64,000 nucleotides of DNA from the NCBI RefSeq assembly GCF_963506605.1, contig NC_083281.1, forward strand, positions 37,510,001-37,574,000. Direction: 5' to 3'. The DNA is from Zootoca vivipara. Its lineage: Eukaryota. Below, piece after piece: positions 52,448-64,000 of this stretch (position 1 is the first letter of the stretch; the number at the start of each line of letters is the position of its first letter). The notes beneath the pieces are model-generated. The model was given only the letters and a program-made list of their open reading frames with translations, had not been told where the DNA came from and made no database searches. Made by a program: the position numbers and the translations under genes.

Positions 52448-55400
52448 TCAACAGCTCACGCCTGAAAGACACAGAGATAGAGAAACACACATACATTTAT
52501 TATATGCATAGCACTTTTAATTTAAGAGCCGCTCTGCAATGTTTAATCTTGTTGGACCTTACAACTATGCAAAGAGCTAGTTCACTTTTATAACTATGCA
52601 GGGTACAGAATCAAGAGGGGTGTGAAAGCCTCTCTTCAAATGTGTGCATGATGTACAAGTTCCCATTCTGAAGCCCATCAGGTTTCATCTCTTTCCCTGT
52701 CCTACATAAGGGCTAGAAGCTTGCTCCTGGATTAAAAATGAAAACCAAGATTTTCAGAGGAAAGGTTGCAACCCAGAAACCTTGGGCTTCAGACCAGCAC
52801 CCAAGACCAAAAGCCACAAACAACTAGCTCTGAATGTGGAATATCCACCTGGAAAACCTGTATCAGCTAGTTCCAGCAGTTGACAGTGGCAAAGAGAATA
52901 TTCCTTCTCTAGGCCCTCAAAGCAAAAATCCAGTCTGGTTTCCAAGGAGAATGTCATTAGCTTAAAAAGTTCATCTGGGAAAGTTTCCGGTAGATATGAA
53001 CTAACGAAAAGAAGGCTGCATACAGGCCAGGTGCATAAAGACTAACATATACAAAGTTTAAAAGCCTTGAATACTTTAAACTCCAACCTATCTCAGGCCA
53101 TGGATCTCGTCTTTAGAGCATTATTTAATATAAAACGTGAAATACAAATAGCTGCCTGAAATGTGACCTACAAACATTCCTCTGAAGGACACATGCGGGG
53201 ATTCAGATTATTAATACCTCTGAAAACATTTCTGTACCCTTTTAAAGTTGTCCTCTAGTAGACACACGTCAATGAATTATAGAGTTGAGGTTTGTAACAG
53301 ATTATCTAGTCAACAAAATCCTATCCTATACTGAAACAACCATGAGGGTTTGTTCCCTAGTATTTAATCACAAGGTACTTTCCCACAAATTAAGTATGAA
53401 CCTGTTTAATGTAGAAATATAAGAATAAGAAGTGCTACATTCATAAAAGGCAACATTAAAAACCAGGATGCAACTAGAGGAATATACCATAGGCACAAAA
53501 TAATATGTATATGTGTGTGTGAAAAACATTTCGAACAGGATAAGAATTGGCTACCACATGGTAGCGGAGCTCCCACTCTGTATCTCCCAATTCTGAGGGC
53601 TTTCAAAGCAACAGTGACTTGTTTTTCCAATGCTGCTTATCTGTTATATTCAGTGATATGATTTGATAAGGGTTCCCTGTAACATCCTGCCAAAGGCCTT
53701 GGGAGGCACAGCTTAAGGACAGAGTGGGAATCAGTGGCTTTTACAAAACTGCAGCATAAAGACACTGATATTAAGCCTGGGATTTCTCATCCCAGCAAAC
53801 CCCTCCTGCAACTAAAAAGCTGAAGGGTTAAAATTAGTTTTTGTTACTTCTATGCCATCAGTAAAGGACAAGGCTATTTATATAACCGCTGATAACAGTG
53901 CAGGGGTATGAAGATTCAAGAGACTGTGCTGCCTCGGCTGCTACTGAAGCTGTACTGATGCAGCCAATACCATGAAAAACAAGAGCTATGCCCGATGGCT
54001 GCCCACTTGGGTGTAACTATGACCACAAAGGCCAGGAAGGTATCAAGCCATTGCCACACTGCCAGAACATCTGGAAGCCTGTTATTAACCTAATCATGCA
54101 GTGCAAATCATCATACTATAACTCAATTACCATCAGATCACCTAAAAGCCCATATCAGTGTTACAGCCAAAAGCAATGGCAAGTTGAATGCTATGGTTAC
54201 CCACAAAAGCTTAGAGCAGAGGCTAAGAATACAATCCAGAATCTGATCTTCCATTTAAAATAAACACCAAGTTTCTAGCCTCCTGTGACTGTAGCTATGC
54301 AAAGAAACTTGCCCGAAAACAGATTAGGAGGAAGCAGGAATGAGAATTCCAAGAGGTCAGGACAACAGTTATTATTCACTAATTACTGCACTCATCAGCC
54401 ACACTCCAATTTCTTAGCCCATGTTCCCTTGTGAGCCCATCCCTTGCTTCCCTGAAATTAACACAGACAACAGAGTTGCTCCCCATCAACAACACCAAAC
54501 ACTCACACCCACCCACCCACCCAATGGCAGCTCAGCAGACACTGGCCCATGGCAGGACATATTTAGTGGTAGTTCCCTGTTTGTGGAATGCTCTCCCTAG
54601 TGAGGTACATCTGTCTCTTAATTTTCAGGAGGAATTCTAAAACATTCCTTGTTTACCCAGGCATTTGGTGGCATGAACACTGCTCTTGGCAACCCCGAGA
54701 TCACTGGAATGAATGAATGGTTTTAACTGTAACTTTTAGAATGCTTAAACTGTAACTGCTGTTAGAAGGTTTTAACTGTTTTAGAATGGTTTTGTTTTTT
54801 AAACTGTAGATCTGTTTGCCACCCTGGGAGGGGTATAAATTCAATTAATAAGAATAATAATGGTAACAATAAATGTATCCCTCTTGAAGGATTTTGGCTA
54901 TTAAAGCACAGAATCTTTAGATGTCCAGCTCAAGCGGCTTCCGTCTCCATTGCAATAGGGTACCAGTTGCTTGAATAACATGAAGCAGCTTGCTCTGCTT
55001 GTTTCCCCCACTCATCAAACAGCACTTATTTGATTATGTCACAGTGTGGTGTGGACTGGACAGGGAAGTATGCAGAGGGGTCCACATCCACAGTTATCTT
55101 TGTGCAGGGAGGATGAGAGAGAAAGGTGGACCAGATGATCCCCGAATCATTCACACTCTGATTCAAGTGCTGAGCAACCTCACCAAGCTAGAGTATCAAC
55201 AATAATGTATCAACAATACATAGGAGCCAAGTCTTCTTCACATTGCTATATTTCCTGCATCTTATTTCTTATCTGGATGAAGCTGATCTTTCATAGGTCC
55301 ATCAGTTTTTTACTTCCCCACTGAAAATGCCATCTTGAGCTATTCTTGCAATCAAGTTGAATGGTTCAGATAAGGCCATTTGCCAAGACTTCAGACACAG

Positions 55401-55452
55401 GCTGATCCACTGCATTCCACACATGAATGCTTGAACAGTAATCTGCCCACAA

Positions 55453-57186
55453 TTTTTTTCCTTGAATGAAATTATTTATATTATTATTATTACAAAATAC
55501 AATAAAATAGCTGCTACAAAAATACAAATCGAGTAGACTACGGAGTTCTCTCTTCAAAGTAATTCTTAGCACAGAGGACAAATAAGCACCTTGGGAGACC
55601 AACATTTCCCTGTCTCTCACCCAGGGTCCTCCATCAACCATCTACCACTCCCATAAGTATACAATCTCTGGACCTTAATAAAGGCCCCAGACATAAGACT
55701 CCAAAGAAAGAAAAACAAAAGAGAGAAACAAAAAGAGAAAGGAACAATAAGAAGAGAGAAGGGGGGGGCAAAAGAAGAAGAAACATTAGAGAAAGATACA
55801 AAAAGAAAACTTTGATTTTTCACCTGCAGGTGAAAAGGGGGGGGGGAATGATTATTTCAAACATTCAGTCCACGCTAACATCCATCTTCTCCACTTTCCG
55901 TTAAACAATATTTCTTTTATGTCAAGGTGCCTCAGAATCATTCGTTTCTTTTCCCATGAAAAGTCCAAGATTGGTTCCCTAATTGTTATTTCTATTGATA
56001 AATGTCAACAATATTTTTTTCTTTTGCCGTTACCCCCATTAATTCCCACCACCATTACTCCATACTGAGTGATAGTAAATTCTTCTGCCCATGTCAATTT
56101 TCATGTTTTCCAGTCTTTTCCCAAAGAGAATACCATAACTTTGGCAGCATCATTCTCTGAATTCAGTCCAGATTGTATGCAGAATTCTTTCTCTCAGTAG
56201 AACTGAAGCAAGGCCAAGATTGAAGTTTTCTCAAAGTTTTTTCGCCCCTCAACTCCATCAATACCATATCCAGATAATTTTCCATCTCAGCGTTTGTGAT
56301 TTTATTTTCTCCTCTTCCAAATCAAGATATGGAAGTAATTTCCACTTCAGCATCACCATCTGCTTAACTATTTCATGATCCAGTCCTCTCAACTTTTCAT
56401 CAATTTAGTCTCCATTTTCTCCATTAATCTCTGATCCGATCATTTTAAATTATTCAGTCATCAACTGTTGAACAACACCAACAGTTACTGAAAGATCCAA
56501 AAGTGCCTTTACCATAATGGACACTTTTGATGTTCTGGATATTATTAGCAACTCAGTCTAGCTTAATATTTCCACCTTAAAATCACAGCTGCAACGTGTC
56601 TTATCTCATAGAAACTTCTAACCCACAGCTGGCAACAGCCACTTTACTTTCAGTTTTTTCAGTTGTTTAGTGGCAGGAAAAGAGAAAAAGGGTTAAAGAT
56701 TTTTCACACAGGGGTTCCCCTTGTCCATTTAGTCGTTATTGTCAACCATAAATCTGGATTTTTGCTCTGCCTTAGACACTTTAACAATCCGTTTTCCTTA
56801 ATGACGGAAGGTGTTACTTACAGATTTTCAGACTGTAGATTTTCACCAGCTGATGGAGGGAATTCTTGTTACAGTTTTCCTTGTCTCAGAAGTGTTTTAA
56901 AAAGAGAGAGTGTGGGTCTTTCTTACCTGTGAAAAATGATTACGTGGAGTTTGGGCACGATGGCAACTCCTCAGTTTCCCGAATCGTTCTAACTCCCTTC
57001 CAAGCCACCAGGCACATAAAAACAATCTTGATCAAAGCATTTGAGGTTAACTCCCAGATCACACTTATCTGCATAATGATTAATAGTCAGACTATCTGTC
57101 TATTATCAATCATCACATAATTATCTTCTGTAATCAGGAGCTAACAGAGAGGCAGCCAAACCACCATTCCTCTCCCCGGAAGTCCT
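55453..57186 (-). mobile_element. 1.73-kb L1-like non-autonomous retroelement
   Basis: 15-bp TSD gtaa(t/c)ctgcccacaa at 55438-55452 and 57187-57201; minus strand begins GGACTTCCGG and ends in an A run; purine-rich decayed interior. Confidence 0.65.
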
Positions 57187-58039
57187 GTAACCTGCCCACA
57201 AATTGAGTGAGATGAGGACATACCAAACTTGTTTATTCCATACCATCATTTTAAAGCCTACGAAAAGTGACTATGCAGTACAGTATTCAAGGTTAGAATT
57301 CTATAAGGCAAATATCAGGGCCACAAACCTGTGCAAGGGCTATGTGTACATAAATCCACCAAAAAGCAAAGAACTTAAAGGTGCCTAATTCTATGTTGGC
57401 CGGTGACCAAAATATTTAAATTGCTATGCACATAATATAGGTTGTTAACTCCAACTTACATCAACTGCAGCTAGTGTGCCAAAGATCAGGTATGTTGGGA
57501 TTTGAAGTCCAGTAACACCTAGAGGGGTCACAGATTTCCTATCCCTAGTTTATATGATCTCTGAGCACAAGATGTTGAAAAGTCTGGTGCAGAAAATAGC
57601 AGGATTCCCTCATTCATGAGGCGCCTTGGCTCATGTGAAAAAAGCCATGAGAAATACAATCCCTAACTGTTAAGAAATCATAATCCCTTTCTCCCCCAAA
57701 TGCATGCCATGGCCTTATTTATATGAAGGAGCGTAAAAGAAATGCGTCAGATAGAAAACCTGGTCATCTGTGCATTTAAAAATTAAAATCAGACACTGGC
57801 ATCTTAGTACCCTGCATACATTTTCACCTCCATACAAGGTACTCACCTTGAAATTAACACTGGTACTGTAATCTAATACCACCCCCTTTTCACAATACTT
57901 AGGCGTGCCTCCTTTTATTAAAAAAAAGGAAAGCATAGCTGCGTGTAGGCCCCATTCATTCCTACTTGAGGAACAGATGTGAAAGTCTGTCAAATCTAAG
58001 GAATGAGGAGAGGGGAAAACAATTTTCAGGACCTCATGC

Positions 58040-58204
58040 TAAAGGTAATGGGGACCCCTGACCATTAGGTCCAGTTGTGACCGACTCTGGGGTTGTGGCG
58101 CTCATCTCGCTCTATTGGCCGAGGGAGCCGCAGGCAGCTTCCAGGTCATGTGACCAGCATGACTAAGCCACTTCTGGCGAACCAGAGCAGTGCACGGAAA
58201 CGCC
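58040..58204 (-). mobile_element. Sauria SINE 3' half
   Basis: Reverse complement of the 3' part of 60778-61127. Confidence 0.85.
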
Positions 58205-59669
58205 AAAACAGCCACTACATACATATAGAAAACTGTGGTGGACCTACTATTAGAATACTAGGTTTCTAGTTCCTCTGTCTCAAAAGGGATATTGTAGAAA
58301 AAGACAGAGTAAGGGGAAACAGAATATTATCAGAACTTAGAATCCCAATGAAGTCAAGCAGCAGGAAGCTCAGGATATAGGAGAGGATTACATTGGACAT
58401 GCAACTCTTAAACTTACAAAGTTCACTACCAACCACTGTGACCACTAATTTTGAAGGTTTTATTTTTTTAAAAAAGTGTTGTAAACAAATTCTCAGGATA
58501 AGGCTACTGGCCAATAACCCTGGAACAGCTGAAACATCCATGTTCAGAGGTAGCATACCACAGAATATCAGCTGCTGTGGACAAACAGGGGATGGCTCTC
58601 ATCATACCCTGCTCATGCGTTTCATTAGAGGCATCTGGCTAGCCACAGCTGGAAAAGAAAGCCAGGCTAAAGAGACTTTCTGCTGACTCTGCAAGGCAAT
58701 TCTATGCTCTTATGACCAGCACTTCTTTAGGAAAATGGGTTGGGGGAAATGAACATTCCTTGTCCATATCTGAGTGATGGGGCAAGAGAAACAAGCTATT
58801 CAAATGGCAAATGGAATTTCATTTGTGTTCTCTGCTCAGTCTCTAGTAACAAAAAGAAGTCATGCAATATTAATAATAATGCTTGTTCAGTAATAACAGC
58901 ACTCTCAGAGCTAAGTACATTGCTAACAAAATCAGTCCCAACATGCTCCCAAAATACATGACATGAGTGAGTCCAAAAGCAACTGTAGCATAAAACTTTT
59001 ATTAGGACCAACTAAAACACTACAAAACAGTGAGTTTCAAACAATTTGAAAGGTTGCTCACTACTTGGTAGTGTTTGAGGTGGCCCTAATAAAGGTGTTA
59101 TGACACTGCTTCTGGATTTTTTCTAGAAGACCTAACAACTACTTGTAATTGTTACTTGTTCAAAGAAGTCTCTCCCTAGTGCCTCCTGAACAGGATGTAA
59201 TAAGTAGATGGTTGCTTGGAATTAGAAGCCAACTCTTTAAGCACTATTTCACACAAATATGTTGTTCTTTCCCCGATATCAATTCCTATGCTATAGTAAA
59301 AAGATACTTCATTCCTTAAAGGACACATAGCCCAACAAGCTGGAAAAGGTTTATCTAACCTCCATGCTACAATGTGTTGCATGCCTGAGATGTATGGGGA
59401 AAGGGACTATACTAAGAAGAAATCCTCTTTCCTTCAAACCTTTCCCAGACATTCTATTTATTCCTGTGGTGCTTTCAACCTTTGCAAATGCACCTGAGTA
59501 CTTAACACAACATGAAATAAACTGATAGGATTTGCTACTGCCAGAAGTAGTGGTTGATGGCCAACTGAGATGGTTTTTAAAAAGGATCAGACAAACGCAT
59601 AGAAGGACAAAGCTAACAGAAATTATTAGCCACAAAAGTTCAGCAAAGCCTCCATGTTTAAAGAGAGGA

Positions 59670-59687
59670 GTAGTAGTAGTAGTAGTA

Positions 59688-59722
<35 letters not shown>

Positions 59723-60315
59723 TTATTTATACCCCGCCCATCTGGCTGGGTCTCCCCAGCCACTCTGGGCGGCTTCCAACAGAAATATTAAAATACACTT
59801 ATTTCTAAAAGATTAAAAGCTTCCCTAAACAGGGCTGCCTTCAGGTGCCCTCTAAAAGTCTGGTAGTTATTTTTCTTTTTGACATCTGGTGGGAGAGCGT
59901 TCCACAGGGCGGGTGCCACTACCAAAAAGGCCCTCTGCCTGGTTCCCTGTAACTTGGCTTCTTGCAGCGAGGGAACCGCCAGAAGGCCCTCGGCACTGGA
60001 CCTCAGTGTCTGGGCAGAGCGATGGAGGTGGAGACGCTCCTTCAGGTATACTGGTCCGAGGCCGTTTAGGGCTTTAAAGGTCAGCACCAACACTTTGAAT
60101 TGTGCTCGGAAACGTACTGGCAGCCAATGCAGGTCTTTCAAGACCGGTGTTATGTGGTCTCGGCAGCTGCTCCCAGTCACCAGTCTAGCTGCCGCATTCT
60201 GGATTAGTTGTAGTTTCCGGGTCACCTTCAAAGGTAGCCCCACGTAGAGCGCATTGCAGTAGTCCAAGCGAGAGATAACTAGAGCATGCACCACTCTGGC
60301 AAAACAGACCGCGGG
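59670..60315 (-). mobile_element. L2-clade LINE 3' fragment with open ORF2 C-terminus
   Basis: VVHALVISRLDYCNALYVGLP..LQLIQNAAARLVTG..HITPVLKDLHWLPV..; (ATT)n/(ACT)n tail. Confidence 0.92.
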
Positions 60316-60777
60316 CTCAGTATAACTGAGCATCAGATAATTGGAAAAGCAAAAGGCTAATGCTCTTGCTTTCATGTTCTATCTTGAGGCATTTAGTTGG
60401 CTGTAGACAGCATGATTAGTGGGATCCTAGTCAGATCTAGCAATGAGACTTGTGTGTATTGTAATGAAGAACACTGTGCTGTGCATCTTCAACCAAAATC
60501 AGAACTCATCAGCTTGATTCCATTATAACTTGCTCTGGAAACTCTGGCCTTGCTGAATCAATTAACTTACAAATCACTCCGATGTGTTTTTCACAAACTG
60601 AGTTTTTGTGTAAGTCAAATTATAACTTCTGGCATGCTGACTGCAATCTTAGGCAATCTTGGAATGCCAAGGAAACATGGTTGGATCAGTCTGTAGGTTA
60701 ACTAAGGTTTCAGGCATTCAAACATGTGGTTAACTTACAACTAACAAAGTTATTATTGCTTCCTAACAAATGTTAGA

Positions 60778-61127
60778 GGGACGTGGGTGGCGCTGTGGGT
60801 TAAACCACAAAGCCTAGGGCTTGCCGATCAGAAGGTGATCGGTTCGAATCCCCATGACAGGGTGAGCTCCCGTTGCTCGGTCCCAGCTCCTGCCAACCTA
60901 GCAGTTCGAAAGCATGTCAAAGTGCAAGTAGATAAATAGGTACCGCTCCGGTGGGAAGGTAAACAGCATTTCCGGGTGCTGCTCTGGTTCACCAGAAGCA
61001 GCTTAGTCATGCTGGCCACATGACCTGGAAGCTGTACACTGGCTCCCTCGGCCAATAATGCAAGATGAGCGCCGCAACCCCAGAGTCGGTCACGACTGGA
61101 CCTAATGGTCAGATGTCCCTTTAGCTT
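60778..61127 (+). mobile_element. Full-length Sauria SINE
   Basis: gggacgtgggtggcgctgtgg head, B-box, ccctttagcttt tail; TAACAAATGT direct repeat at 60764 and 61128. Confidence 0.92.
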
Positions 61128-62199
61128 TAACAAATGTATGTGTCACTCTCTCCCACTTTAAATATTAAAGATCCCAGTCCCTGAGAGACACCCATTTTCT
61201 ATTGATGTGTGATGGCAAAAGTTCCAATGTAATCTACAGTTATTACACTATACACTATACAAAGGCTATTTTGTTTCAACAAGCCTTTGAGTTCAGGTAA
61301 ATCATATTCTTTTAGTTATCAAAGTTAGGTTTTTGTGCTGATTAGTTTATTATTATTTCATACTGTTTTATTATGATACTTGCAATCCACTTTGGACATT
61401 ATTATGCAATGGAAAAACAGACTGCTGTATATATGCTTTTAATAATGAATGTGTTGTCCACCTTTGTTCTAGGAATAAGGTAGAAGATAGAAACTGAGTG
61501 AATATCATCTATTATTTGCAAGGGTATCTACAATATATGCAAAGGTTGTAAGCAGTTAAAGGTACTCAAGTCACTGCTCACAATCAAAATACAGTTTGCA
61601 TGAGATACTGCAGCATGCAATTAACTTCTCTCCTATGATTTGGCACAGCTTTGGTTCTAATCCTTTCAGAAAGCTTGCATATTCATGCCCACACTCATTC
61701 CCCCTCCTCATCCCCTGTCCTCTTAGGATGAGCCCATGCCAAGGAAGAGAAGGGTGGGCAGCTCCTGTACATCAAAGGAAAATGTAAATGTAAACTGGGA
61801 AGAGATGGGGGGAAATATGCACCCGCCAGGACACCTTTAAAAAAGCACACACAACTCTCAGAATGACAAGGAGTCCTGGCAGGTGCATATTTTTTCTCAT
61901 CTCTTCCATTGCATCTGGGCCATGCTAGCACCTCCTCGTGCTTCTAACAGTCCATCACTGACCTCTTCCCACCTGCATCCGCTGGACACCCACCCCCCAA
62001 AATCCAACACCTCAAACCCTCTTCTACTTTCTCAGCTTCCCTTCCCTCCTCGCAAGTGTCACCTCCTGGCCACACCCTCCTAACAGCCCGCCTCACCCTC
62101 TGCCTCCCTCCAGTCCACGCCCCCTCCGCGCCCGCCCCCAACCCTTTACCTCACAGACTTGGGCCCCTTCGAGACTTGGGCCCCACCTCTACCAGCAGC

Positions 62200-62590
62200 C
62201 CGCCGCTTACGCAGAGACCGGCCCACCCTCCTCCTCTCCCCATATAGAAGCCCCCTCGGCGAAGAGACCCTTCCCTCAAGGACGGTCCTGATTCTAATTG
62301 CTCCCCCCCCCTCCCGCTCACCTCTTTCCTCTTGTCTCTTTCTACCCGGCTTCCAACTGAAGAGGATTCAGTCAGTTCTCGAGCTCACCAGACGGCTCCG
62401 GAACTTCCGCCGCCGCCGCCAGCGCGCGCGAGGGGGGCGGGTCCGCCCAAGCTTCGGCCCCGCCGGAAGTGTCGCGCGCCGCTCTATCTCGCTGGAAAGA
62501 ACGGAGTCCGGAAGAGGAGCCTCAAAGGGCGCGGCCATCTTGGTTGGCCTAATTAAAGGTCCGCGGGGTTCTTCGCGCCGGTGTCATAAA
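62200..62590 (-). promoter_or_regulatory. LYPLA2: LYPLA2 CpG-island promoter
   Basis: Dense CpG, GC box ~62433, ETS/GABP CCGGAAG(T) at 62463 and ~62508, ACTTCCG at 62403, YY1 motif CGGCCATCTTG at 62532-62542. Confidence 0.8.
62389..62430 (-). other. LYPLA2: LYPLA2 non-coding first exon (5' end approximate)
   Basis: ctg|gtgagc donor on the minus strand inside the CpG island. Confidence 0.65.
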
Positions 62591-64000
62591 TTAAATGGCT
62601 CAGTATTTTCATATGGCTTTTTGCTGTTATTATTTGCAATAGCAGCTCTTTTTTTTGGTGGGTCTTGGTAATGGGGATAATAGCATTTGACGCTATGGCC
62701 AATTCATACCGGTAATTATTATGGTAGACAGCAGCGTTGGCGTTGTTGATTATTTTTGCGCTCTTGATATCAGCGGTTAGTCTTAATAACGTCACACATA
62801 CTGTACTTAATGGTAGCACGTGCCTGCTAACTGTACAGAGTTAGCAGGATAAGTTTTGCCTGACTTGATTTTTAAAGTCTGATCAGGTGACCATACTGAG
62901 CATACCAGGTTAGAGGGCGAGTCCTTCCTGTGAATTTAACATCCCACACCTATTAGCAATGGGTATGCCCGCGAAAGACAGATTAGGATCTGCTGGTACA
63001 ACCGTAGATCGGCAATGACCACTTCTTCTTTTAATTGGGTTTTATCATGTCATTTGTATATCACAAAAATAGCATAATAAATGTGGAAAAATATCTACTT
63101 GTTTCATTATTAGTGGTCAATGTACTGTACAAGTTCTTGGTTTATGAATTGGTTTAAACAATTAGGAAAAAGAGGAGAGGGGAAAAGGAAAAAAAGGGAG
63201 AGGGGAGGGAGAATCGGTAAGGACTTCTGACACAATTGTTCAACAGTAACAAGATTACTTATTTTCATCTATGTGCTGAGATGAAAAAAGCTAATTGGTA
63301 GTGGGTGGTGGGTGTTAATCAGTATGGGATTTTAGGGAGGGGTAGTGCCTCAGGTGGGGGACGTGTAGTTTGTCCACCTTTGGTCCCCACCCTGAACTCA
63401 GCTTTTACATATTATAGCTGCTAGAAGCTGTCAGCATGCGACTGGTCATGCCCTGGGAACAGTTCCCACTCAAACCCTTGTTGAGTTAGGGACTTCCTCT
63501 GCATGTGAAGACAGGCTCCAGTGGATTGAGCGGATGAGACCAAAAGTAGGTCCAATGGTCAATAAGGCAGTTTCTACATGTGCAGTAGAGGGAAGTGAGG
63601 GGTAGATGGGGTTCATTAACCTGGGAAGGTAGCCCATCTAGAAGGAAAACACTGATCCTAAACCTCTGCTGCGTTGCGGGATATCTTCAGGAGAAGAAAA
63701 GGCTAAGAAGTAAATCCTACTCAAATTGATTGATTGATGGTAAAGTGACATTTGCAAGGAAACATACACAGGATTGTGCTATTATTCCTGCGGTTCAATG
63801 GGGAATAATCTGTTATAAGGGTTTAAGGCTGAGCCTTAGTTAAGAACTGGCTAGTAGCATGTTGGACTAGAACTAAGGAGATCAGGGTTCAAATTCCCAC
63901 TCATCCATGAAGATCACTGATCTTGAACTAAACATTTTCTCTTGGCCTAGCCTACTGGAGAGAGGGGAAACCACGTACACCACCTCGAGCTCCTTGAAGG

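Noticed and set aside
59788-60375. 195-aa ORF
   Set aside because: C-terminal part of L2-clade LINE ORF2 from a 5'-truncated copy, not a host gene
62159-62671. 170-aa plus-strand ORF in the LYPLA2 promoter
   Set aside because: Non-ATG start and Arg/Pro/Gly-rich composition typical of CpG-island pseudo-ORFs
63340-63720. Possible RTE-type LINE 5' region with an HDV-like ribozyme
   Set aside because: Could not build the nested double pseudoknot by eye; needs an Infernal or RNArobo search

Overview
Vertebrate genomic DNA from a squamate reptile, most likely a lacertid lizard. The evidence is Sauria SINEs, Squam3-like SINEs, young CR1/L2 LINE tails and ~135-bp palindromic hAT MITEs. The window holds three spliced housekeeping genes in the conserved amniote order. 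(1) The last 7 coding exons of HMGCL (+, 1615-8042; exons 1-2 lie upstream of the window; ends in PTS1-like CKL). (2) Complete GALE (+; CpG promoter and non-coding exon ~14.75-14.95 kb; 10 coding exons 22384-31147; 347 aa). (3) Complete LYPLA2/APT2 (-; CpG promoter ~62.2-62.6 kb; 9 coding exons 52432-40135; 232 aa), convergent with GALE. All coding exons were read by hand, have GT-AG boundaries and splice in frame. Nearly all other ORFs on the supplied track are spurious or TE-derived. I found no new protein-coding system. The most interesting signals are structural or regulatory: a ~530-bp near-identical inverted duplication bracketing the GALE promoter; an inverted pair of young CR1 copies around two GALE exons that would circularise into a stop-free 243-nt ORF; an L1 insertion that duplicated a GALE exon end; a 1.7-kb TSD-flanked L1-like non-autonomous element in LYPLA2 intron 1; a splice-created GALE uORF; and a weak-then-strong AUG pair in LYPLA2 that could yield a non-palmitoylatable isoform. 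All functional readings are hypotheses.
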